64,000 nucleotides of DNA from a virus (lineage: Duplodnaviria > Caudoviricetes). Numbering within the stretch: the stretch's first letter is position 1; each line of letters opens with the position of its first letter. The position numbers and the translations under genes are program-made. The stretch is taken from positions 4,801-68,800 of the IMG/VR virus record IMGVR_UViG_3300025885_000002. One strand, 5' to 3'. The notes under the pieces are model-generated. The model saw only the letters and a program-made list of their open reading frames with translations. It ran no database searches and was not told the DNA's origin. Below are positions 26,599-35,939 of the stretch, piece after piece.

Positions 26599-27095
26599 TT
26601 TGAAGCCTCCGGTCCGAAGCAGTGATCGGGGACGTCAAAAAATCCCTGTCTGCCCACATAGGGGATCGGCCTCTTGAATGCGACAGGATTCTGGAAGACC
26701 CATCCAAAACGACCGGGATAGAAGTCGCCGAGCTGTCTCTCTGTCCACTCAAACAGTTCCTTGGGAGCCTCCAGCAAGGGCCAGTGGGGAGCGTCCAGCA
26801 AATCGGGCGCAATAGACTCGGTCGGCCGACAATCGACAAGATCCACCGTTCCTACGATCGCCCCGAATGGAAGGACATCGCGCAACCTATCGGGACCGCC
26901 CCACAGGATGTCGAAGAAAACGCCAATCCACGCCCCGTCGTTCTCGAAGTCGGAGAACTCTCGTGCAACCTTCCGCTTCGCCGCGTGGATCGCAAGCGGG
27001 CCGCGGTAGCCGGTCGACCAATGCCGTGTTTCGATCTTCTTCGAGCCGAGCGCGACGGCTGACGCCCAGGGCTGCCAGAGTGAAATAGCTCTCAT
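26595..27095 (-). CDS. ASCH domain protein
   Basis: MRAISLWQPWASAVALGSKKIETRHWSTGYRGPLAIHAAK is a canonical ASCH N-terminus. Confidence 0.9.
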   Translation of the reverse strand: MRAISLWQPWASAVALGSKKIETRHWSTGYRGPLAIHAAKRKVAREFSDFENDGAWIGVFFDILWGGPDRLRDVLPFGAIVGTVDLVDCRPTESIAPDLLDAPHWPLLEAPKELFEWTERQLGDFYPGRFGWVFQNPVAFKRPIPYVGRQGFFDVPDHCFGPEASK

Positions 27096-27499
27096 TAGAA
27101 CAGCTCCTCGGTGTATCTGAACCCCTGAAACCCGCGCCTCTTCACTGGCTCGGCAGGCCAGACAACCGGACCGGTTAGTACCGCGAGCCATTTCGGATGT
27201 CGCGTCGTGTCATCCCAACAATGCAGGCCGCCGATTGAGTCGCCACGCTCCCAACTGGCGATGTTTGCGCGGACTCGGATCTCTCCACCGACCAGGATGT
27301 AGCAATGCAGGACTTCAACGATTGGCTTCTGGTCGAAGGCGATGAGGACATATTTGCCCTCTTCTCCGCGCTCCATCTCTTTGAAGGCTCGCATCATTCG
27401 CCGATACGCTCGGGCTTTAGCCTTCTCCGCGTCGTCGCCAGTTCCACCGGCGCCGTAGTACGGAAGAGTGCGGATGATTCCCGTGGGTCGCTCCTTCAT
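27095..27499 (-). CDS. Possible PUA/ASCH-like fold protein
   Basis: Ends PVKRRGFQGFRY, resembling the ASCH-type terminal GxQGFF motif of its neighbour. Confidence 0.5.
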   Translation of the reverse strand: MKERPTGIIRTLPYYGAGGTGDDAEKAKARAYRRMMRAFKEMERGEEGKYVLIAFDQKPIVEVLHCYILVGGEIRVRANIASWERGDSIGGLHCWDDTTRHPKWLAVLTGPVVWPAEPVKRRGFQGFRYTEELF

Positions 27500-28188
27500 A
27501 TCGTCAAATGCTCCTCGTTAAGCCACCACGTAATCAGGAAGGACAGCCGCCGCTCGGTGTAGGAATGTGAGCCGCGATAGACGATCTGGCCGATCACCAT
27601 GGGGTCGACCTTAGCCGCGCGCGCCGGCAGCACGCCGATCTCATCGAAGATGTTCAGCGCGAGCGCCTTGCCGACATCATCAAGAACGGTGATCTTCGCG
27701 AACTTCAGAGGGAAGTCGACCTCTTGGAAAGCGTCAGCCCAGTAATACGTGGTCGTCTTCTCGTCGATCACTTCCTTTTGACTCACGATTACTGGCTCAT
27801 TTGAGACGTTGCGACCCTTCCCAAGCTGCGGGGCCTCGGAACGCTGGAGGCGCCTATCGTGGCGATGAATGCTGCAGTCTTGTTTCGGCTCCTCTTTTTC
27901 AGTCCTGATCGCGAACACATCAATCGGGAAGTTCGGCACGATCACATAGCCAGCCTCGATCGCGGCCTTCATCTTTTCGTAGAACTGGCACTTGCGCCGA
28001 GCCAGGCGGCAGGCAGTTGTCAGCCCTGAAGTCTTCCATCTTTCGCGCTGTGCGAGGGCGAGGTTTTGCTGGAAGTCAGCGAGTTGCTGATCGGCCTCGT
28101 GGATCTTGTTATCTACCCAGGCGACGAGCTGCGACTGCGCGGCCTCCATCTCCTGCGGATTGCGTGCGATGACGATTAGGTCGTTCAT
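27496..28188 (-). CDS. Hypothetical phage protein with N-terminal coiled coil
   Basis: 230 aa, coupled. Confidence 0.75.
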   Translation of the reverse strand: MNDLIVIARNPQEMEAAQSQLVAWVDNKIHEADQQLADFQQNLALAQRERWKTSGLTTACRLARRKCQFYEKMKAAIEAGYVIVPNFPIDVFAIRTEKEEPKQDCSIHRHDRRLQRSEAPQLGKGRNVSNEPVIVSQKEVIDEKTTTYYWADAFQEVDFPLKFAKITVLDDVGKALALNIFDEIGVLPARAAKVDPMVIGQIVYRGSHSYTERRLSFLITWWLNEEHLTI

Positions 28189-28379
28189 ACAGTCCCTCCA
28201 TCGAGCGGCTTCATTGGCTCAACCAGCGTCTCGGTTCTACCTTCGGGTCCCGGGTCATAGAAGCACTGTTCGCGCACGCTCCAGCCCGCTGCTGGCCGAA
28301 ACGTGATGCCGGTCTGTGCTGCGCCCCGGCTTATGGTCAACGTGCCCTCCGGGATTTGGATCGTTTCGTCGTAGTTCAT
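28185..28379 (-). CDS. Hypothetical protein (64 aa)
   Basis: Start re-called at MNYDETI via ATGA overlap. Confidence 0.55.
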   Translation of the reverse strand: MNYDETIQIPEGTLTISRGAAQTGITFRPAAGWSVREQCFYDPGPEGRTETLVEPMKPLDGGTV

Positions 28380-28510
28380 CGTCGTTCTCTGCGATCCTGT
28401 CGCCACCGAATGAACCACGCGAGGCAGAGGAAGAAGGCCGCAACGAAGAGCGCGATCGCGACTCCCGATCTCTCGTGGTTGTCCAGCCAGATCATCCAGT
28501 CGCGAATCAC
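28376..28510 (-). CDS. Single-pass membrane peptide (44 aa)
   Basis: Translated by hand: GVAIALFVAAFFLCLAWFIRWR; overlaps on both sides. Confidence 0.55.
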   Translation of the reverse strand: MIRDWMIWLDNHERSGVAIALFVAAFFLCLAWFIRWRQDRRERR

Positions 28511-28896
28511 TGTCCGTTCTCCTGAGTGGCTTTGAGAGCCTGCACGTAGGCACTCAGAAGCGCGTCACAGGGTTCGGCTGCGCTCGCATCGAGTCCCTGC
28601 GTTGGATACGTCTTACTGTAAAAGACGCGGGCATCATGCCAAGCGCACGGCTCTTCGTTCTCAGTTTCCGTTTCATCGCTGCGTAGCCTGTAGTGCCACC
28701 CTCGGGCGCGGACTGCTTCGATAAGGGCCAGCAATAGGACCGCCCTGTCGTGATAGTCGCCCATATCGACAACTGCACCGAGAGCAACGAATCGGAACTC
28801 AGGCAGTAGATACGGCGCGGCCTCTCGCCACACCTCGCACTCCCCCTGCGCTAACTCAGCCCACCGCTTCAGTAGCTCTTCTCGCTGTTCGCTCAT
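28507..28896 (-). CDS. Hypothetical protein
   Basis: 129 aa, GAGGA SD. Confidence 0.65.
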   Translation of the reverse strand: MSEQREELLKRWAELAQGECEVWREAAPYLLPEFRFVALGAVVDMGDYHDRAVLLLALIEAVRARGWHYRLRSDETETENEEPCAWHDARVFYSKTYPTQGLDASAAEPCDALLSAYVQALKATQENGQ

Positions 28897-28982
28897 AGGT
28901 TCCTCAGTCCCCGTCTCTCCGAGGCGTCAAGCCTGGTCCTACCTGCGGCAACTAGATTCCCGATGGAATCACGCCCGACTAC

Positions 28983-29276
28983 CTATGGGGCCGCTGACCA
29001 TCGCCCCCGGCTTTCAGTGGAAGGGGCTTTCTCCTGCGTGCTTATCAACTCAACAGGCCGTCCCCCTCTGTCTAACAATGCCGTGCTTGTCGAATGCCGC
29101 CTCGCGAGCTCCTCATCAATCGCCTGAGCGAACACCACAGCGGCTTCACGCTCCTCGGGACCTCGTTCACCACCGCCGACGCTCTTTGTCAGCAACTCCG
29201 TGCGCAGCGCGAGAAGCTTTTCCTCCGGACGGTCGGCGATGTGTTCGCGGAATTGGTCGAGTAGCCCTTTGCTCAT
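28983..29276 (-). CDS. Hypothetical protein
   Basis: 97 aa, ATGA overlap. Confidence 0.55.
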   Translation of the reverse strand: MSKGLLDQFREHIADRPEEKLLALRTELLTKSVGGGERGPEEREAAVVFAQAIDEELARRHSTSTALLDRGGRPVELISTQEKAPSTESRGRWSAAP

Positions 29277-29494
29277 AGCGCATCGACTCGGCAGATCCGC
29301 TCAACGGACGTAACTGTAAGCCTCGTGGCGTCGGGCTCCAGCTTCTTCAGTACCGCCTTTGCTTTTCGAAGCGCCGACTCCGCTGATCCATTAGCAACGA
29401 CGTTCTTCGTGTCGTTGCGCCAGATGCCAACCTCCAGAAACTTGTAGGAAATCTTGTACAGATGTCTTTCGGCCATGAGTGTTCTCCGTTCCAA
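29273..29494 (-). CDS. Hypothetical protein
   Basis: 73 aa, coupled to rusA. Confidence 0.6.
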   Translation of the reverse strand: MERRTLMAERHLYKISYKFLEVGIWRNDTKNVVANGSAESALRKAKAVLKKLEPDATRLTVTSVERICRVDAL

Positions 29495-29495
29495 A

Positions 29496-30128
29496 TCAAT
29501 AATCGACGTCGTTCTCGACGTAGTCCGCTCGCGCGCCTCGTCGCTTCTCCGGCATCACCGGATCAGGCGGCGCGGTCGCTTCCATCTCTTCCTCGAGCAG
29601 CTCCGGCCGTAGCTGATCCGCACGATCCAGAGTCCACGCCCAGATCCAGGTGCGCTCGCCCAGGCCAGAGTGATAGCGCCGGCGGATTCTCAGGTCGCAG
29701 ATTCGAGCATCGTTGCAGAACCAGCCGGCAATCTCCGCGGCATCGTCAATAGCGCGTGCGATCTTGTCGAGATCCTTGCCTACCGCGGGCAGCTTTGGTG
29801 CCGTCGGTTTCAGCTCCCCGTCTTTGCGGAAGTGGGCCATCGGCCGCGAGACGTAGATCAGCATATGAACAGCGATCGGCCTATCGAGCGGGCGTTCCGG
29901 GCGCACCCGACGCATCGCTTTGATCAGCTCCTGTCGCCAGGACTTCAGCTCCGCGCTGTTGTCATCGACGATGATCACGCGTTTTAGTTTCGGGTTGAAA
30001 AATCCTTTCTTGCTGCCCTGTGTTTGGGCCGGGCCCCACACGCACGCGCTACCAAACCAAGAGGGCTTTTCTTCGTCCTCGATCGGTCTGACCGGGGCGA
30101 TGTCTTCTTCGAATAGAGTTGCGGTCAT
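29496..30128 (-). CDS. rusA: RusA-like Holliday junction resolvase
   Basis: QGSKK...WR...KDLDKIARAIDDA...NDARI...RRRY pattern. Confidence 0.85.
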   Translation of the reverse strand: MTATLFEEDIAPVRPIEDEEKPSWFGSACVWGPAQTQGSKKGFFNPKLKRVIIVDDNSAELKSWRQELIKAMRRVRPERPLDRPIAVHMLIYVSRPMAHFRKDGELKPTAPKLPAVGKDLDKIARAIDDAAEIAGWFCNDARICDLRIRRRYHSGLGERTWIWAWTLDRADQLRPELLEEEMEATAPPDPVMPEKRRGARADYVENDVDY

Positions 30129-30133
30129 AGCTC

Positions 30134-30361
30134 CTACCTCTCAGCTGGCTCTGACGCGTTGTCGGTATTGATCAGCTCTCCCGTCTCGGCGAAGCGCTTT
30201 AGGATCGGCCAGAGTTCAGCGGCGAGTGCTCGATTGAGCGCCGTGGGACGGCGAATAAAAAGGATCCTGCCAGTCAAGATGACCTCGGAGTCCTCGCCGT
30301 CGACGTCCTTGAACCGAACTGCCTGGTCGCCGTTGAGGGTGTTAATCGTTAAAGCTTCCAT
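30134..30361 (-). CDS. Hypothetical protein
   Basis: 75 aa, GAGGTGAG SD. Confidence 0.6.
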   Translation of the reverse strand: MEALTINTLNGDQAVRFKDVDGEDSEVILTGRILFIRRPTALNRALAAELWPILKRFAETGELINTDNASEPAER

Positions 30362-30443
30362 CTCTCACCTCTCAAGGGAGCCGCGCCCCTGCGACACGGC
30401 TCCCGTTCTGCGTGCCCGTCTGCCCAGGTGACAGGCAAGATCG

Positions 30444-31472
30444 TTAGATCGAATTCAGAGTGTCGATGAATCCCGACAACTTCTCGACCGGGATCTCCTT
30501 CACGGTCGCGACGCCGAGTGCCTGCAGAGCAGCACGCGTCTTCCCGACCTTCCCCTGAGTCTTGCTGTTCTTGTCGTAGAGTGCCTGAGCCTCGCCTCTC
30601 AGATCGTCCTCGGCGACCATCCCCCCGTCGCCCGCGGGCTCTTCGGTTGCATCTTTTGGTTCCTCAGGTGAGGGCGAAGAATCGACAACGGGTTCGGTCT
30701 CGGCGGGAGTCTCCGGAGCGGCAGTCTTGGCCTCGGAGGTCTTAGCTTCCCGTTTGGCTCGAAGCTGATCTGCCAACGAAGATGACTTCTCGCCGTTGTT
30801 TGACTGGGGCTCTTCCTGAAATCCGTAGCCGTCAGTCCCCTGAGTGAGGTCGATAATCGGACCGTCTTCGAGATCCTCGCTCGCAGGGAGTCCCATCGAG
30901 AGTTCCGGAGCGTACACGTCCACGAACCACGAGCCCGCGCGGTACATAAACATCTTGAGGGGCATGGTCTTCCACTTAGATCCGCTCTTATTTACCCAGC
31001 CCTCGTCGTTCGCCAGCTTCCAGGTGATCCAAGGTCCGTCAAGGCGCTCCTGGGTCAGTTTTTCGATCGCCCACGCGCGACATCCCCACTCGGGAGTATT
31101 CGGCTCGCCCTTCCATTCATATCGGATTTTTGAAAAGCCACCGTTCTGATTGAACGTGGCAATCTTGAAGGTCGCAGACCATCCCGGTTTGCCCTGGACG
31201 ATGTAAAGGTTCTGCATCACCATCAAAGGGTCGGCCCTCAGTCGTTCGGCCATGTTCAGAGCAATGAGGCAGTTGGCCAGCTTGCCCTTATAGATCACTG
31301 GGACCAAGTCGCTGTCAGCAAGCACCCCGGCAACTCTCTGAAGCAAGGCAAAGTTCTCTCCGCTGCTAAAGTCCATCGCCGTGGCCTTGTCGCCAATCTT
31401 CGGTTCTCTCTTCTTTTCAATCGCCTTGTCCTCTGGCGCGGTCTTTTCTTCGTTCTGTGAGCTCATATTCAC
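30444..31472 (-). CDS. recT: RecT-family single-strand annealing protein
   Basis: SDLVP..YKGKLANCLIAL.MA..L..DPLMVMQNLYIVQGKP...GWVNK.GSKWKTMP..M..YRA. Confidence 0.85.
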   Translation of the reverse strand: MNMSSQNEEKTAPEDKAIEKKREPKIGDKATAMDFSSGENFALLQRVAGVLADSDLVPVIYKGKLANCLIALNMAERLRADPLMVMQNLYIVQGKPGWSATFKIATFNQNGGFSKIRYEWKGEPNTPEWGCRAWAIEKLTQERLDGPWITWKLANDEGWVNKSGSKWKTMPLKMFMYRAGSWFVDVYAPELSMGLPASEDLEDGPIIDLTQGTDGYGFQEEPQSNNGEKSSSLADQLRAKREAKTSEAKTAAPETPAETEPVVDSSPSPEEPKDATEEPAGDGGMVAEDDLRGEAQALYDKNSKTQGKVGKTRAALQALGVATVKEIPVEKLSGFIDTLNSI

Positions 31473-32449
31473 TGTCTCCTTTTTCCAGCTTTCGCTTTGG
31501 CCTTCCTGAGCACTCGGTGCGTCGGCTGACTGACCAGTTCCGCGTAGAGTTCAGGCGCCTTATACTGCAAGATGTCGAGGTCAATCTGTCGCGCTCCGTT
31601 CTGCGACAGGTATGTAATGGTTTCGCCGGAAGGCAAGCGGCCGGCCTCGGCGTCTCCGAGCATCGCGAGCACTGCCTGCTTTCGCTCATCCACGGTCGAT
31701 GTCCAATGCTTCGCCTCTCGCTTTGCGGCCTCGAGATCCGCCCAGGCTTCTCCCGCCTCATCTCCCAGGCTGATGATCGAATTTGGTTCGCGCCTGATGC
31801 TCTTCAGCGTCTCAAGGTGAGGAGTCACATCCTCGGGCATCACATCTCTGCGAACGTGGTCGAGGAAGTCGAAGCCCGCATACCGCAGCTCCTCAATCAG
31901 AGTGTCATCACGCTCAACGCGGAAGGTTTTGAAGACGAACCGACCGAAACTAGCGAGCCACACAGGAACAATTCCGTAGCGGCAGCGGGGGCCACAGTGG
32001 AGGATCTCCCACTGAACCTGCACAACGACGTGAAGGGGAACCTCGGTATACGCGCTGGAAGAGGGGTCGTTAGAAGTCTTCGCCTCGACGGGTGCCTCGA
32101 TAACGTCGAGGCAGCGCTCGAATCCTTCTTCGTCCGGTTCGCAAACCTCCGTCAAGATCGCGGCGTCCAGGTTCGCGCAGAAGCCACGTCCGTCTTCGCC
32201 GACCTCACTGAAGAGCTGGATGTCGCGTACAAGCTGGACCTCGTTCTCACGCTCGTACATATCCAGCACGTAGCCCTCGAGCGCGATGCCTCGATTGGCG
32301 TCCGTGCTGGTCCCGTTTCCATCCAGCCGCTGAGTAGCATAGAGAAACGCATCGCTGATGTTCTCACGAGGGTGAACTCCGATGATCTTACTGATCATCG
32401 AACTCCCCACGTAGAGATGATGCGTTTGTCTTTGAGCCTCAGTCAGCAT
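31469..32449 (-). CDS. YqaJ / lambda-exonuclease-like recombination exonuclease
   Basis: VGSSMI..I.G, RG.ALE, ANLDA, VEAKT, QVQWE; paired with RecT. Confidence 0.85.
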   Translation of the reverse strand: MLTEAQRQTHHLYVGSSMISKIIGVHPRENISDAFLYATQRLDGNGTSTDANRGIALEGYVLDMYERENEVQLVRDIQLFSEVGEDGRGFCANLDAAILTEVCEPDEEGFERCLDVIEAPVEAKTSNDPSSSAYTEVPLHVVVQVQWEILHCGPRCRYGIVPVWLASFGRFVFKTFRVERDDTLIEELRYAGFDFLDHVRRDVMPEDVTPHLETLKSIRREPNSIISLGDEAGEAWADLEAAKREAKHWTSTVDERKQAVLAMLGDAEAGRLPSGETITYLSQNGARQIDLDILQYKAPELYAELVSQPTHRVLRKAKAKAGKRRQ

Positions 32450-32636
32450 TTAAGAAATCCCTCTCCCACCGCTCCATCACTTCGTCGTTCACTTCCTGAA
32501 CCGCCTGATAAGCCCGCCGTCCAGCCTCCCAGGCCTCGTAGTAGGCCGCTGTCTCCCAATCAATCTCGCGTCTGTCGCGCGGGTCAGGCTCGCGCTCATC
32601 GGGTCGCGGCCGGGATTCGATCCAACTCAGCGGCAT
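32439..32636 (-). CDS. Hypothetical protein
   Basis: 65 aa, coupled. Confidence 0.55.
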   Translation of the reverse strand: MPLSWIESRPRPDEREPDPRDRREIDWETAAYYEAWEAGRRAYQAVQEVNDEVMERWERDFLNAD

Positions 32637-32642
32637 CGCTTC

Positions 32643-32939
32643 TCACTTCGCCAACTCATCAAGCAGAGGCGCCTGCGTCTCAACCGCCTCTGCGATGCCG
32701 CGCATAAACGCAACCGCTTTGTCCAACTCCGCGCGTAGTTCTCCGACTCTCTTAGCGCGCAGATAGAGATCTGAAATCGATACTGTCTTACCTAAAGCCA
32801 AGGGATCGGCAGGGCCTCCGATGGCCAAAGCCCCGTTGCCTCGTGCGCACCAAGCGGAATGGAACCCAAGAATCTGAGAAACTTCCTGCTCGGTCGCCGA
32901 CAGCAGTATTCCTTCTTCGGTCTTTCCAATGATCTTCAT
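32643..32939 (-). CDS. Hypothetical protein
   Basis: 98 aa, GAGGA SD. Confidence 0.65.
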   Translation of the reverse strand: MKIIGKTEEGILLSATEQEVSQILGFHSAWCARGNGALAIGGPADPLALGKTVSISDLYLRAKRVGELRAELDKAVAFMRGIAEAVETQAPLLDELAK

Positions 32940-33030
32940 CGCATCCTCTCAATCGCTCCCCTCCCAGGCTGATAGGCGGCCAGCCAAACCATAGGACGTG
33001 CAACCTATCGCCGGGGAAGGGGAGACATCT

Positions 33031-34638
33031 CTACGCCGTAAGGCGCGGCAGAAACTCATCGAACGGGACCATATGCATCGGATCCCCTTCGAACGTCGTG
33101 ACCTCGACAATCGCCCTGATACCGTGCTTCAAAAAGGTTTCGTGGTTCGAGATCACCCACTCGCGCTGCAGCTCCGCAAGTACGGCCTTCGGTAGTGCCA
33201 TCGTGCCTCCAGCGTTGTGTGCGGCGTGAATAGGCAGTATCCAATCCCACTGTTGGCCAACGCTGCGTCTATGGAACGGCTCCCACTTGCCCTTCTCGTT
33301 CTTGACCTCAAGCACACCTTCATTGACTCGCGCACCGGGAATCCCCAAGCGGTTGAACTGTTCGGCAAGTCGAGCAGGAAGATCGTTGGCAAGCTTCTTG
33401 ATGTCCGCCTCTCGGGCAGCAAAGGTCTTGCGCTCTAATTCGGCGGCTTCTGCGACTTCCAGCTTCTTGCGGTATTCGGCAGTCTCGCGGGCGAGCTCGA
33501 GCGCGGACTTTGCGATGGTGACTCGGCCAGCAGCCTTCTCGACCTCGGCCATGGTCGCCCCGACGATCGGAGTCTCGAGTATCGCGTTTCGACGATCCCA
33601 AGACTCGGCAGCGCGCCGGGCTTCGGTAGCGTCCTTCCTGCGCTGGTCGAGTACGACCTTAGTCGAGGTTGCCTTCGCGCGGGCAGCGGACAGTTTCTTT
33701 TCAAGTTCCAGGATCTCGGCAGTAATCAGCCCGTGCTCTTCCTCGGCCACTTCTACCAGCGCGTCAGCTTCGAAGACGTCAGGGCGATCGCCAAGGGTCT
33801 GCTCAATCTCGGCCCGCTCTCGCTCGCGCTGTGCCCTCTGGCTGGCCTCACCCTGCACCTGGCGATGGTCGCCCACCGCATTCCTGTACTCTTCCTCTGC
33901 CTCATCCAAACTCAACTCCGATAGCTGAACCGGCTTCTGAGGATTCGCCACCGTGTAGCGCGCCTCAGCATTCGCGGCCTTGTCGCGGTAATCGCGCTTC
34001 AGCTTATGGAGATACCCACCCGTTCCCTTGATCAGCACGTCAACCGCAGCAACTGGATCAAGCTGCTTGAGGGCGTCGATCCCGCCAGGGTAGTTGACAT
34101 CAACATAGTCATAAGCTTCAGCGTCGAATCGCGGCGTGTCTTCCTCGCTCTGTGCTGGATGCGTGAGGAAATATTCGATCATTTCGTCAGTAGTCTCCGC
34201 GCGCACCAGCTTCATTACGTGCTTCAGCCGCCACTCTTCAGCGGTGGCCGGGTCCAGCTTGCCAGGATCGACTACTAGCGCCGCGGTATTGATCGAACCC
34301 AGGGTGATGCGCGGCTGCTCGCCCTTTGGCCGCTTGTACTCATACACAAGGGCATCGTCCACGATCAGCTTCGCCACCTGCTCCCCGTCAGTGACGGACA
34401 CCGGAATTCCGCCTCCGTTCGCATTGGCTATAAACGTCTGAAACGTGCTCTTTCCGACGCCGTTCCCCCCACAGAGAAAGTTCAGACCGGGCCATAACAG
34501 GTCTTCAAATTCACGGTTTGGACCTACGTTTTCCACTCGGATCTTCTTGGCGGTCTTCGCGGGATCCTCTTCGCGGACCTTCGCAAGCTTCAGCTCGCCG
34601 CCGTTGCTGCTCTTTGGTTTGGTTACTCTTGTTGCCAT
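33031..34638 (-). CDS. Rad50/SMC-like coiled-coil ATPase
   Basis: IRVENVGP, Walker A CGGNGVGKST, long coiled coil, C-terminal RSVGQQ signature-like motif; Walker B not recognisable. Confidence 0.75.
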   Translation of the reverse strand: MATRVTKPKSSNGGELKLAKVREEDPAKTAKKIRVENVGPNREFEDLLWPGLNFLCGGNGVGKSTFQTFIANANGGGIPVSVTDGEQVAKLIVDDALVYEYKRPKGEQPRITLGSINTAALVVDPGKLDPATAEEWRLKHVMKLVRAETTDEMIEYFLTHPAQSEEDTPRFDAEAYDYVDVNYPGGIDALKQLDPVAAVDVLIKGTGGYLHKLKRDYRDKAANAEARYTVANPQKPVQLSELSLDEAEEEYRNAVGDHRQVQGEASQRAQRERERAEIEQTLGDRPDVFEADALVEVAEEEHGLITAEILELEKKLSAARAKATSTKVVLDQRRKDATEARRAAESWDRRNAILETPIVGATMAEVEKAAGRVTIAKSALELARETAEYRKKLEVAEAAELERKTFAAREADIKKLANDLPARLAEQFNRLGIPGARVNEGVLEVKNEKGKWEPFHRRSVGQQWDWILPIHAAHNAGGTMALPKAVLAELQREWVISNHETFLKHGIRAIVEVTTFEGDPMHMVPFDEFLPRLTA

Positions 34639-34856
34639 CGCTCTCTCCTTCTCGAAACCAAGGACCGCCGCCTATAGGTTCCTCCCGCGCTTCTGCGGGA
34701 GGGGTGAGTTCGTCGGGCGGCGGCCCTGACTTATCCCCCGACCTTCCGGCATTTCGCGAGAAGGCCGGGGTTCTTGCGCGTTAAGTGCTTCAGTCCTCGG
34801 GGAGTGTAATTTTGGCTCTTGGGCCGCACCCGCCTGTCGCACTACTGCGCGCAATT

Positions 34857-35180
34857 TCAATCTCGATCTCCGATCAGTTCGCCCGTCCGGCCGTACGGCA
34901 TCAGAGCGCTTTCACCGCTCCGCGCCGAGCAGTACAGGCACCGGCCCTCAGCGTCCCACTTGCACTTGTGAGACCCGCCCTCGATGATGACGCGCGTCTG
35001 CTGTGCGTAACCCGCGATTCGCTCGACTTGTCGATCAACCTGAGTGCTCATCGTCTCTTTCTCGGCGGTCCGAACCGCTTCTCCGACCAGATCGTCAGCC
35101 CTACAGCCAACGCCAGGAGCGCGATCGTCGCGAGAGCCTTGAGAATGACTTCCAGCGTGGTCATAATCCCGGGTCCGCAT
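34857..35180 (-). CDS. Hypothetical protein with Cys cluster
   Basis: 107 aa, HKCKW...CLYCS. Confidence 0.5.
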   Translation of the reverse strand: MRTRDYDHAGSHSQGSRDDRAPGVGCRADDLVGEAVRTAEKETMSTQVDRQVERIAGYAQQTRVIIEGGSHKCKWDAEGRCLYCSARSGESALMPYGRTGELIGDRD

Positions 35181-35433
35181 CCGAGTGGCTCATATACTCG
35201 GCAATGTCGTCGTCTGCTCCAGCTGGCGGATCATTGCTGACAACTTGAATCTCCCACTCAGGAGCAGCGCCACCGCCGTCTGAATACCGGCCCGTCAGTG
35301 AAAGCGCCTCTCGGATGTCATCTGCCACGATCGGTTCCTGATCGAATTCGTTCTCGAACAGGAAGTCATCAAGTGAACAGGTCAGACCAACGTTCTCGCC
35401 CTGCGTGATTTGTATCGTTGGGTTGTAAGTCAT
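35161..35433 (-). CDS. Acidic hypothetical protein
   Basis: 90 aa, AGGAG SD. Confidence 0.65.
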   Translation of the reverse strand: MTYNPTIQITQGENVGLTCSLDDFLFENEFDQEPIVADDIREALSLTGRYSDGGGAAPEWEIQVVSNDPPAGADDDIAEYMSHSDADPGL

Positions 35434-35437
35434 AAAC

Positions 35438-35590
35438 TCAGCTCCTCTCGCTTACCCTTTCCTGCCTCTCAATCTCGACCGCCGCCGCCTCTGTGAAGTA
35501 GCAGCCCTTCGCGTTGCGATGCGCCCACAACCAGCCTGAATACCGCGTGCGACCGTAGACCCAACCTCGCTCTTCAAGAAACTCTTTCAT
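35438..35590 (-). CDS. Small hypothetical protein (50 aa, MKEFLEERGW...)
   Basis: Translated by hand; fills an operon gap; GAGGG SD. Confidence 0.5.
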   Translation of the reverse strand: MKEFLEERGWVYGRTRYSGWLWAHRNAKGCYFTEAAAVEIERQERVSERS

Positions 35591-35666
35591 CGGTCCCTCA
35601 GAACCCCTCCCGCCGGCGCACTATCACGCGGAGCTCTCGAACTTCACCGGCGAGAGGGATATGTCA

Positions 35667-35927
35667 CTACCTCACCGCATAGAGCGGAGACTGTGCGCTC
35701 TCCTCGAGCACGACCTTGCACTCACCTGTGCATTCACCCTTCAACGTCAACACCTCAACGTGGCGAGCAACCTGAGCGCGTACCCAAAGGGTCTTGCGCT
35801 TGCCCTGGTGAACCGTGCGAAGGCATTTCGTGCCGTATCCGCCCGTGTAGAGCGTTTCGCACTTACCTTCCAGTCCGAGCATCTCGATGACTTCGTCCTT
35901 GGTGCAGAATCTGTGGTCGGCGTTCAT
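35667..35927 (-). CDS. Hypothetical protein
   Basis: 86 aa in the early leftward operon. Confidence 0.6.
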   Translation of the reverse strand: MNADHRFCTKDEVIEMLGLEGKCETLYTGGYGTKCLRTVHQGKRKTLWVRAQVARHVEVLTLKGECTGECKVVLEESAQSPLYAVR

Positions 35928-35939
35928 CGTGAGTACCTC

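Noticed and set aside
28897-28982. Possible HDV-like ribozyme in the intergenic gap (GGCGU/ACGCC, GAUUCC/GGAAUC hairpin)
   Set aside because: The P3/L3 size and P1.1 do not fit and the putative P2 is 5 bp with two wobbles; indistinguishable from chance by eye
30660-30790. SLADQLRAK in RecT (and SLAERL in the portal) as further copies of the head motif
   Set aside because: They lack the RV[KR] core or terminal position; RecT is an early non-structural protein, so probably coincidental
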